Below are positions 1 through 12,600 of a stretch of DNA of 64,000 nucleotides, one piece after another. The DNA is from Botryllus schlosseri (lineage: Eukaryota), in contig CM119371.1 in the NCBI GenBank assembly GCA_051294905.1, positions 9,240,001 through 9,304,000 of the forward strand. Direction: 5' to 3'. The position numbers and the translations under genes are program-made. Below the pieces are notes generated by a model that saw nothing but the letters and a program-made list of their open reading frames with translations, did no database searches and was not told the origin of the DNA. Positions within the stretch are counted from its first letter, which is position 1, and each line of letters begins with the position of its first letter.

Positions 1-127
1 TTTCGCGCGGCCAATTATCGAGAAGCGTGTCGCCAATTAGCTGAATACGTCAATGCACTGTGTAACGCGACGCAATCTCCCGCTGAAAAGTTCGGCAAAT
101 TAGGTCATTGATTGCCGTGAACTCGGC

Positions 128-345
128 TATCGTTGCTGGCCTGATTTTTCGAGTCTTCAACAAGCCAATAGTTCCGCTGGCAGAATCACATCTGCAATAG
201 GCTCTGTGGACATTATACCATCACTGGCCTACATAATCGCATCTGCATTGCCTTGGTGCTCACGATATTATCGCCGGCCTGCACAATCGCATCTGCAATA
301 GGCATGGTACGAACGATATCATCGCTGGCCTAACCATAGTCTCGG
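128..345. repeat. Degenerate ~51-bp minisatellite
   Basis: AATC(A/G)CATCTGCA at ~184, 235 and 286; the ATCGCTGGCCT motif recurs with a similar period. Confidence 0.65.
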
Positions 346-2355
346 GCCTGGCATGCGTAGGCTCCTATCTCTTGGTGGCTTGGAGACAATACGCCGCTGG
401 GATTATTATGATCAGCGATTGTGATTAATGAGTGACATTGCGAAACTGAATGACATCGAATGTTCGCATTCTGGAAACATGTTCGTGCGTGCAAGCGTAA
501 TTGATATCCGCTGATACTAAATTCGAAATAAAATCGAAACCACCTCGTTTTATTTAACCCCCCCCCTTATTTTTCGGCTTGCTACGGGCCTGATCATGTG
601 AATTTCTCATGGCGGAATTAGAGCGAGCTATCATGTCGGCCCCAATTCCGGTATCAGCCACTCGTCCTTCCATTACTGGACACCTAAACACAAGAATGGA
701 CAAATAGGAAGCGCTGCTTACTATATTCAGCCTTGCTTACTATAATTCAGCCCATTTTGTGGAAGCATAAAGAGCATTTAATACGTGTGGACTCTTTGTT
801 ACAAAACTCCGGTCCTGGCTACAGGATGCCACAATTGATGTGGTGTGCTCTATAAGTAGGGAGCTGCATTTACACTGTGTAATGATTTTGCGATAAATTT
901 TTCATGCAGACCTCGTGAAATCGATTATCTCACTTAGGATTCACTATCCGGTTAACCAGTTAGCTAAATTCCAAATATACCGATATATCCGTTATCCGGA
1001 TAGTGAAAATTATTGATATCCGAACTAACCCTAGTCACGTCGCGATGAATGACATTCTACGAATCGCAATGGACATATTTTTATTATTATGACTACTACT
1101 TCTCAATATCTTATCCGTACAAGACCGTGAACAGAAAGAAAAACAGCTTTCCAATGCAACTCCTCATCTAGATTTAGGATTAAATTACTGTGACACCATG
1201 GTATTCTCGAACGTCACCGACCTTGCGAGTTTAGCAAAGTGTCCGTCAAGATTGCATGCATTCATGGAGTATCTGAAATAAGACATAACATGATCTCACG
1301 GCTCCTATTTTTGAAATAGTGTGTTTACACTCATACAACGGTTAAATTACAATATCTTCTATAAATCGATTACACTTGACTGTTCTGTCAACTGTAATCA
1401 TCGATATTCATTTTCTCACAGCGATTGCTTCGCACTGCCGTCCGAGTATCTGACAGCTTTTCCCTCTATCATTGGCATACCGCGAACAGCGTTTGTTTGT
1501 TTGATATTCATGGTGTTTCGACTGCATTGGTAATTTCACACCAGGCCGATTGTCTTCTTATTTTCAATTCCATATTTAACGACTTGGAGCACGGCCCACT
1601 TCTATGCTTTTGAAAGACATCGCTTGCACAGATTACGTGCCCAGGCGAACGGTGTTATGTATCAGGTTACAATACTTTCACGCTACGGACCAAGTCGATT
1701 AACCTAATAGTAACATTTGGAAAATTTAGCAGTTGTAATTGCATAAAATATGGAATTTATTCATATAATGTATTCCACAACATTGCTGGTAATTATTGGA
1801 GACGGAATCGGCATTTCACAATCGGCAATTACGAGCCGCAACCTCCGCTAGCCACGCCATTGCACACGGCATACCTTGGCAGCAGTTACAGTAGTCCAAT
1901 TGCTTGCAACCAGCGGTGGCCAAGACAGGCGTGTAATCACATATCATATGTACAAATTGAGAGCGTGTCATGACCTCCATGGAACCCTGGTGAATCCCGT
2001 AAACACCGGTTTTAAGGATCACTGACGTAATGCAATGCAACCACCGTATCTGTGCAGGTATGGTATTGCGTCGGGTCAGCATGAATTTATGATGATGCAA
2101 TATAAACATTGGCGACAACAGTGCAAACATCGACCATTGTTGATCATTATGTGACTCGGCAGTACTCTAACTAAATCAAGCGAAGAGTTTACGTAACATC
2201 GGAATCAAGAACTTCTGTAGTACTGAGTTAGACTTTAAGAGAGGACAGGTTTGTTCTGTCACCGAGGGACTTTATTCACTGAACATTAGTTAATGTATAT
2301 GCGGAATGTTTAGACCGCTAGCTGTATCTATAGCAGAACTAGCGATGAATGGCAC

Positions 2356-2944
2356 TATAGAATGTTAACATGGAACGGCAACGACCGATTTTGCAGCTTC
2401 GTTCCACTTCGCTGAGGCTGGAGTGGAGGATTGTTTTGCGTAAGCGACTGTAGGATTTCTGGCAATCCAAAAGTTATATTCCAGAGCGCAGAAATTACTG
2501 AATCTGGTCTTGATCGAAAGCTATTGTCGCACTGATTCCAAAAATATGAAGAAAAATATAGTCACGCTCCAGTCTTCGACGAAAAATCACCCTCAACATC
2601 TGAAATGTGCATGGTTCAGAACAATCGGATGACTGCGACACAATGGGCACAACAATGACCCGTTGCGACTCTCCGATTATTCGAACAATGCCGATATTTC
2701 AGACTTGGAGGGCTGATTCTTGGCGGATCAGCGCCTGATCATATTTTAATTTATAATTTTCGGTTTCGGTGCGACAGTAGCTTTCGATCAAGACCAGATT
2801 CAGTAAATTCTGCGCTCAGGAAGATAATTTTTGGATTGCCAGATATCCTACAGTCGATAACGCAAAACAATCTCCACTCCAGCCTCAGCGAAGCGGAAGG
2901 AAGCTGCAAAATCGGTCGTTGCCATTCCATGTTAATATTCTATA
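2356..2944. mobile_element. MITE with ~200-bp imperfect terminal inverted repeats
   Basis: 2356-~2560 is the reverse complement of ~2742-2944 (TATAGAATGTTAACATGGAA / TTCCATGTTAATATTCTATA). The TSD is ambiguous. Confidence 0.85.
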
Positions 2945-3683
2945 ATGGCACGTTACTATCTTGCTAACTGTCGAGTGGGAATAAGACACATCGATTCCAT
3001 TCTAAATCATCAGTCCATAACCAATGAAAGTGATACATATAGGTGACATTAGAAATGTTTTAATGCACTCTGGAATATTTCATGAGCAGTAATGTGAAGG
3101 AGTAAATGGACTAATAATGACGCTCAGAGATGCTAGCTCCTTTTACAAGCGTTTAAACCCCCTTAATGTCGGGGATCTGGCACCCACCTTGTCGTCTCGT
3201 CTCTTGCTTACACGGATATGTTGAAAAGGTCAAGTCGGGCAATAATTATTTTGGTGTGATAACATTCCAGTGCAAAATTGATTCAAGTTTTTTAATCCAA
3301 AACAGAAATGATTATTAACAAATAATTAGATTTTCGAACTTAACGCCCCATAAAACCTAAAGTGGCATCAATGAAATGAGATAAACAAGATTGCTGTAAC
3401 GTGATGTAATTCTAGAATTATTTGATTCCTATCAGTGAGTTACTATGTTGACCGTTGCCATATTCTTGCCAATTAGTTCATTAAATCTAGCACACTTCGG
3501 ACTTGTGATATCGATTAGAAATTGCCAATCATTTTTGTTGGCATTTATGAATTACCACAGCCTGCCACTAATATTGACTGGAATAGTTTTATAGTTTGAC
3601 TACCATTTTATAGGTAACCGATTTCGAATGTAGTTAATGGACATCTATGATACAGAACATAGCAGCGTTGATAACTCGAGATC

Positions 3684-6600
3684 ATGACGGATACTCACTC
3701 TATACATGTGTTGCCGGACAGTACGTGGTCGTTGGTGATTTGCTGTGGCAACATATTGGCGTCGTTCAGTTCCTTAGGGATGTATCGCTGCCTCGGGGTG
3801 TTTTACCCGGCAGTGATGTCTGAATTTGATGTAAAATACGCAGAAGTGTCCCTGGTGACAGGATTATTCACGGGAACGATGTCATTCGGAGGTACGTAAA
3901 CATTTCGCTGGTATAACTGAATCGCGATAGATTTCAGTACCGCTTCAGTGTTCTGGGTATGGCTGTGTATAACATGAAACTAATGTTCAAAGCAATAAGG
4001 CAAATATTTTAGTTGTCGCCACCTTAAGCTAAATTAGAATCTGAATTGAGGACTGTACGACATAAAAGGCTTTAAAGGCACTAATACAATTAAATAAATA
4101 CTAGTGATTGTACTTACGTTGTGGCATTTTATTAACAAAAATTCCCCCAAAATATTAGAGATTGGCAAACGAATATTGCAACGTCACGACGAGAAATAAC
4201 TCCAACACCTCACAACGTGACAGTTTGAATACATTGCCATCTCAGTCCGCAATAGTCTGCTAAATGTTTCACTTCGGCAAGTCGTCCAAGATGTGTAACC
4301 GTCGTACAGAGCAGTCGAACACAAACCTAATTACGAAGCACAGCGCAACGTACACCATAGGTAACACACACTATATATCGGTAAGTAAATCAATGAAAAT
4401 ACAATCAACTGTAATCGCGCCGGTTTGAAGAGATTCAGCTGGTGTAGGGCGCGATCGCTCGGTGGTGGCGGGTGGCGATATAGCGACGTGGTACAATCCA
4501 CAGCTGCAGCAGAAATGGGCTTCGGGTTTGAGTCCGACATGGTTGACTCCAGAATCCCTACCTCATTCTCGTAGGTTCATCTAGGCTCCTCCTCGCCACC
4601 TCATCCATGTAAGCAGTGTCTTATGAAAGCCTAGAAGTAGGCCATGCAGTCGCCAGCTACGGAATGAAAATGAAGAGCGTTGACCTGGTGTAAATGACCA
4701 TAGTAGTCGAAAAACACCGCAAAAAACAACCGCTCGATGTTCGCTTTTCACAACATAAACAATAAAAATAACAATTACACGACAGGAAGAGCTGAGTAGC
4801 AAATGCTCGACGTTTACTGTCTTTAATCAATGATACATGGCAGTATATAGCCGATTCAGTCGCGAATTTCGTGTTTCAAATCACCATTGACTTGACCGGG
4901 GATGATTAAGGTATGAAATACATCATTCATATCAGGGGTCACCAAACCAACATGTGGTCACCGCATGCGGTCCGGGAGGTCATATTTTGCGGCACGCAAC
5001 GCGATTTCAGATTTCAGAAGAACGTTAAAGGGGCACTATGCGCTTTAAAAATTATGTGGTCTCAAATTGAAGCATGGATCGAAAACATTTTGGCGCCGCA
5101 ATTTGTTCAGAAAGCCGCGGTAATGGAACTGCAATTAAATAAAATTTGCATACGACCTTCCCGCTTCAGCTGTCGCGGCTGAGCGGCATTTCTTAACCAG
5201 TTGCGAAATGTATAGCGCGATTTCTTCACTGTCGCACTTGCTTGGCGCGACCTTTATACAGTAGCTCAATTTCTTTATGTAGTATGTGGAAAACATATGA
5301 TGCGTCACTCACTTTGCATCCACATGATAGTACAGCACGGACTCTCAATGCCACTTGCAACATATGCATAATCACCATGCTGTCGAGCTCTATCGGTTGT
5401 ACGCTACCGGAACCCTACTGTGCAAATGCCGTCTAATCGAATGAGGAATTGATGTAGATGTTGTTGCTGTTTGTAGTATTCATTGTGCTTTTCGACTACT
5501 ATGGTCATTTACTCCAGGTCAATTTGCATCATTTTCCTGTCGTATTTGCCGAATTGTAACCCGACCCACTTCTAGGCTTTGATAAGAAACCGCTTCCACG
5601 GATGAGATGGTGAGGATGATACCACGAATACCAGAAACAACAACAACAGACGAGGAACCGCGTAACCAATCAGTAATTCGTCTATTACGTCCAACACAAA
5701 GGGATTATGAGGAGTTTGCTGTGCGGCAATTGTTTTCAGATTATAACGCCAAATCGGGCTATTGCTACATTTCCCGATTAACGTTCGCAAACACTTTGAA
5801 GAAAAGAATGAATTTCAATCTCACGCATACACAATAACGCACTGTCGGATTTCACGCTCCCATCAATATGACTGTGATGAAAATCTGGCTCACGAATTAT
5901 TGTGAGAACGGCAACGTGGCTTGTGGCGCTTATGGGCGCGAAACAATTTGATTTGGAGGAGATTGCGCATTTACTCTACTAAGCTGGAGAATGTAAATTG
6001 TTCGGAATATTTGGAAAATTGAATACGAAAGTGTAACATTTAAAACAGTGGTTCTCAACCTTTTTGTCTTCGCGGACCCCTTTTGGACCGTCGTGGACCC
6101 CCGCGGACCCCCCGAAGTTTTAATTCAAATTTAGCTTAATTATCGTGCAATCGTCATCTGTCTTGTGCAAATAACAACTGTAGGATAAAAGTAAACAACA
6201 ACGAAGTGACCACTGACCATTCTTGAGAATAACATCATAGCTTATATTATTCATGTAGAAATTGGTAAGACTTTTCTTAATTCAAAGCGAATTCTGAAGC
6301 TGAATGTTTTGAAATACGTGGTCGTGTCTTGAAAATCTGCGCCTTCGATTTCATATAAACGAGTGTTGGAAATCCGTTTTCATAAAGAGAGGTGGTGGCG
6401 AATGTAATAATAACGCGTAACTCTTCCGACGACACATTTTAGTGTGATCGCAACTAATATGTCACTAAAATTGACAATCTAATTTCTTTTTTTAATATAT
6501 AACGTCAAGCCTTGTTATTCTCATCTAGCTGCTCATATTGGAGGTAACATGGAAAATGGTTAAGTATATCACAGCAGACATGGACTTTTGTAATCATTTT

Positions 6601-9600
6601 GACGTCACCGTGATTGACTACTGCAACTTTATATTTTTACATAATCCTCAACAAAACACTCCATACAGCCAAATATTTGTATCAGTAGGCTATTGGCAAT
6701 TTAGCAACTAAAATGAGTATGCATAGTAGGATATTTCATCTCAGACGGTCATTCTGTTTATGTGAGTTCTACTAGTGATGAAGCGAAATTGCCTTGTGAT
6801 TTTCCTACTTAAAAAAGAGGTCATGAACTATTTGGTAAATTTAGAGGCTTTGCGGACCCCCTAAAAATGCTTCGCGGACCCCCGGTTGAGAACCGCTGAT
6901 TTAAAACGTCTTCGCGGCCCACCTGAAATAGCTTCGCGACCCATCAGTGGGTCGAATGAGAGTCACTGAATTTGGGTATTTCGATTTCCCTTTTTGGGAA
7001 AGATTATCGCAGCTAAATAACAAATCGTTGCTGACCGCACTAGATATAAGCCCGCAATTGATGTCATCTTTAACTGAGATTGCCGACTTGGCGAAATCAC
7101 AAACTAGCGCGTTGGTTGCGAAACGTTGTGTTGCGTCTGGAGTTACGAGAGTTGACGTGAGTACAAAGCGCCTTTGCGTGAGCTGGCCGAAAATTTTTGA
7201 AAATACCAATTTTGACACTAAGCAGTAATCGCATTCCAAAGGTCTCGTTACTGGTCGCGGAAATTCAAATCTACTACATTGTTTTGTAATGCCGCCTCAG
7301 ATCTATATCATGCAGGCCTCTATTAACTGATATATAACTTGGATGATACAACTCGCGAAATAAAAGGAAGATGTCGAGTCAACCATTAAATATATGCCAG
7401 CTATTTCTAGTGTAACTCGACGTCACTCTGCGATTACATTGGTTTCTCGAAAATCTTTATATAATTTTTAGATGACAAACTCGATGAAAGTAAAACTATT
7501 TTCTTTCAAACACCCTACAAAATAGCCTATGTATAGATCTACAGATTTTAATACAACCCTAATTCTGAGTATCTTTGAACAGCATTGTTTCTTGTTCTCG
7601 TAAAATGGTTCGGCCTAAGAAAATTGGGAATGGTGTCCACTTTCCTCTTCAGTCTTTCGCTATTTGCTGCGTCGCTGAGCACCAGTATTACCATGTACGT
7701 AGTGTTCTGTGGAGCAGTATCCGGTAAGTGCAAAAATTCTGTATAGAGTCAGAGTTAACATTGGTTGTCCGATGAACGTCAAACAGTTTGGGTGGTCTAT
7801 CATTTCCACATGGCATGAGATGATTGTTCGGTTTTGTATTATTATCTGTTCGATTTAAGAGGCATATTTTCGCAAACATACATTCGAATGCAATGTTTCC
7901 GTCTAATTCGTCACGAGTTTGCGCACACTCACCAACTCACTGCGCGGTCCCTTGGACAACAGCGCGCAACGACTAAAAAATAAGGTGTGCAGCTTAGATT
8001 TTCTGTGCGCAGCGACCTGGTCAGCACTGCGCAATTGCGCATGCACGCAGCTTAGAGGGGGCATTGCTCGAATGGTATTATCGGTAATATTATTATTTTA
8101 ATTAGGGGCGGTGCTTATTGCCATTTAGTGTATTGTATACTGTACGTTCCTGGGTAATTCAAACCAATCACACTGGATTATATATGATAATAATAATGAT
8201 TCGACATGATCCAAAAAATCACGTTGTTGGGCACTGTGCATATTCTTCATAAGGCCTTGAATGTACCACTGGACTAAAATTACACTTGTGAATCACAGCA
8301 TAATTACTGTAATTTCGATTCTTCATTTTCAATAATCTCCCCCTCTGCTCGGTAATCCTTGCCAATTCTTCATCTACTGCAATTCTGTAATGTGACTTCT
8401 CCATGTATTGCATAGGAATACCAATTTGACTGTTTTACTGAAATTTTCAAAATTTACTCTAATTTCGCCATTTTCCTTTGGGGGCAGGTTGCTCCCCAGA
8501 TTATGTGTGTATTTACCAGTTTTACTGTGAATAAAGAATATGATAAAATATAATACAGTAAAGCAATGATATGTATATATTCGAGTGAGACTGATTTGAA
8601 TCAATCCATAGATCAATCCTCAATAACGGATGAACTTCTATAATTTCTCGCTTAAATCTACTAATTCAACTCAATTACTTGAGGATTTTACATTGTTAAG
8701 ATAGACTTTCCGTTCTTCACCTCTATACTTTACCTACTTATGTGAGGATGCGACACTTGACCATGTGGTTTAAAGTTTACGTTTGGATTCGGATTGGATA
8801 TGTGTTAGTTTCTGGGTTATAAAATCACAGTGTGGCATGTTCCCTATTCCATCCAACCGCAATCTATCCTTGACCGCTTATCATTTTGCCTAGGGTTGCA
8901 TTCAAAACGAAAATCAATTTGAAACAAACATGTTTAAAGCAAAGCCCTTGTTTAAACATGTATTTTTATTGTTTTGTTTTTGGGTCATGACGTCACGAAT
9001 ATTCAGTTGTGACGTTATAATGGATTGACATTGACAATTGAAGATATAGGGTAAATATAGCTCCTTTGACGAAATATCGGTACTTTTATTGCTGTTGAAT
9101 TGACTATTTCTAGGGTTCCAAGTATCCCATATCGATATACGTCGGCTATATTGGGTGGTAATTGTCCGTAGGCTCATACAACGTGTTTTTTTGAAAGTAT
9201 TTACACATTTATGACATAAATTTACAACTTAAAAAAACAATTTAGTTTTTTGAAAAAGGCCCTTGTTTAAAACACTGTTTGAAACATGTTTTAAACAAAG
9301 TGTTTTAAAACACCGTTTGTTTTAAATGCAACACTAATTGTGCCGCATGCTCAAATGCCAGGGATGCACATTCTATCAGTGTTGGGATCAAGTCACTACC
9401 TTCGAGTCACGAGTCATTTCGAGTCATTGCACATTTTGACTCGAGTCAAGTCAAGTCAATCGATTTTTGGAAGTGACTCGAGTCAAGTCGAGTCAAGTCA
9501 AGTCAAGTCACGAGTCAAGTCATAATTCAAGTCAAGTTGACTTTTCGACGTATGAGGTATTAGTGGTCAGTGATTCTGGACCAATGAACGAATATAGAGT

Positions 9601-12600
9601 TAAATATAAACGCAAGATGGCGCTTTATCGCTCACATATACGTAGAAATGCTAAAATATACGTACGTAATTGCATGTCATCGGATTATAGTTACCAGCCA
9701 AAATAGAGAATAAAGAAACGAATTGATAAGATGCAATACATTACCCATTTACAAATTGATATGATACAATTCCAGCCTGCGCCAATGGTATAGGACTGTA
9801 TAAACTATGTTGGAATTCCATTTCAATACAACAAGGTTTGGTTAAGTTAAGAACAGAGAACAGAAATAGGCCTTTGCTGTTAAATTACTTTACTGGGTAC
9901 TAGTTTACGACAGCGTTAGTTGTAAGCTTCGATCACTTCGTTTGCGATCAATATATTTGTGAGAGAACAATGGAGGCACAACAAAACGCTCGATCACGAT
10001 CATTGAATGATTGGTCACGGGTTAGACTAGCCACTAGCGTTTCGCGTACAATCTGAACATATACAAGATAAAGTGAATTTTATCGACATCGATTGCTTGA
10101 TGACTCGAAATTGACTCGTGAATTTTTCTCCGAGTCACGAGTCAATCCACATTTCTGATACGCCGAGTCAAGTCAAGTCAAGTCATTTCAGCAAAGTGAC
10201 TCGAGTCAAGTCAAGTCATACGAAAAAGGTGACTCGAGTCATCCAACACTGCATTCTATACGTGCCAATTAGTGTTGTATGGCCTTTCTTCTTCATACAT
10301 GTACTTAAGTACAATCAGTAACTACTTTATGTTGATATCCGTGAAGTGTTGTATACTATGCCATTGTAAAAGTGTAAACATATTTACGGCGAACGACCGA
10401 TACGAATATAGTTGTAAGTCAGCAACAGAATCTATAACACAAGAGAGTGCTATGTGATTACTGATTTATATAGAAGGGCCGTCCCGATCGCTTATCACTG
10501 AACACAGTATGTAAATATTAAAGAAGTCCACAAGAGGCAGCAATGATTGGTAGTAATTATTAAAGTCATATACGAACAGAGTCAAAGGATACCGACATAG
10601 CTGTAAAAACGAAACACTTACCCTACCTCAAATCAACATGCAACTTATCGCTCGGCAGGATTTTTCTCCGGGATATCAATCAATGTGATCTACCTCACCA
10701 TATCGGTTTATTACGTGAAACATCGCTCGAAAGCAGCTGGATTGATCACAGCCGGAGTTTCAATTGGAGTCCTCGTGGCCGCTCCTGCTCTGTCATCGCT
10801 CATTAGCGAATATGGATGGCGCGGTGCGATGCTCATTACCTCAGCTATGACGCTGAATGCTTGCGTGGGAGTGGCATTGTATCGGTGAAGGAAATACATA
10901 GGTTATACCTAGAGCGATTTTTTTTTTACATTTTAGACAAAGTCAAAATTAGGTCAAAATTGTTACGTTAGATCAGTAGTTCCCAACGTGGGCGATTTGG
11001 CGGTCTAGGGGGGCGAATATGACGAAGGGGGCGACAGGGAGCGAAAATGGACAAAGGGGGCGACGGGGGGCGAAAATAGCGAAGGGGGCGATAGGGGGGC
11101 GATGACGCGTCAAAACGGCTGACCTTTTTTTTTTAGTCAACCCACGGAAATTTAGTTACAAAAGTGTGTCATATTAGACATCGAGCCGAAAATTTGACCT
11201 TTTTTTTTTAGTCAACCCGCCTGTGATTACAGTTTGTATGCCCAATTTTCGGTACACAAAATTTGGGGGGCGATTATCGGTGTTGACCTTGAAAAGGAAG
11301 CGATGGGTAAAAAAAGGTTGGGAACCACTGCGTTAGATCAAATAATGTCAAAATTGTTTACAAAGGTTAAACATTTATGCAACCTGCATTTCGTTTGTAT
11401 CGTAGATTTTGCACTGTCGGTCAACTTATCATTTGACATTTCACATCTTGTAGCCTACTTTATAGGCCTAGCGTTGTCGACGGCTCATTGTCTGCTCATT
11501 GTGAACCATAAACAAAAAACTGAAACAAATAGCTTGACATGGTGTTATGCTCAACGTACTGTAATATCCCAACTGAAGCAAGACTGCGTGGGCATTGCAT
11601 GGTTCTTATATCCAGAAGCGCAGGATGAAAAATTGTGATGTATTGTTGACACCGTTGCCAGAATGAAGCAACACGGTTTGTCACGAGCAGATGTACGCAC
11701 AACTTCAATGTTGTCAGTCAGCCAACAACTGCTGATGTTGAACGTACTTTCTCCATTCTTGGCAAACTACTTAGTAAGAATAGTCACTTTCTACCCGAGA
11801 ATGTATAGAAAAGTATCTTTCGTTGAACTATTGATTTTAAATATTTCTACCATAATACATATTGTAGCTACTGGAATTCTTCACCGGGCCAGATTTTGTT
11901 AAAATACAGTTTTTTCATGTCAGTTTTTGGGGCAAAAAAGTTTTATTTTCAGGCCAAATTACTTTGTAAGGACCTTTAGTTCCAACCATAAATGAAGATA
12001 AGTAGTACAATTCTAACATTATGTGGGAAAACTCCTAATTTGCATACGTTAGGTCAAATTTGGTCAATATTAAGTTTATTTTAGGTCAAAAAATGTCAAA
12101 ATTTTGATTTTTTTATGTCAAAATCTTCCGTTTTTTAGGTAAAAAAAAATCGCCCCAGTTATAACAGAAGAGTCAGCTACATATAGCTTCCAAGTAAGGT
12201 ATCGACCAGGAACAGGCAATTCGATTCGATCCTGAGTCGAGTAATGTATCGAGTATCATTTATTATAGTACCGCACTTAATACTAGTTCGCTACCAAATC
12301 GAGAACCAGGATGATTCGATCCCTAGTAGAGATTAAACTTCGAGTCAAGTCAATTTCGTATATATGTGAATATTATATATAAATAGATAGTTAGCAATAC
12401 CTTAATATATTGACGACTTGGTCACAGAGAATCGTCAGATCCATGCCGCCGTGTAACATCTGACTGGTCGAAATACCCGTCACACAACCAAAGTAAATAT
12501 AACTTTCTCTTTTTCAGACCAGTAACTGTAACAGAAGCGGCAGAAAACAATGTGACTGATGCCATGATCGTGACAAAGTCACGTACTTCAGATAAGACAC

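Noticed and set aside
9340..10321. ORFs rich in SSQV/TRVKS (also at 30272-31077, 39619-39891, 61205-61429) and the NPNP ORFs at 34302-34756
   Set aside because: They are translations of MITE subterminal repeats.
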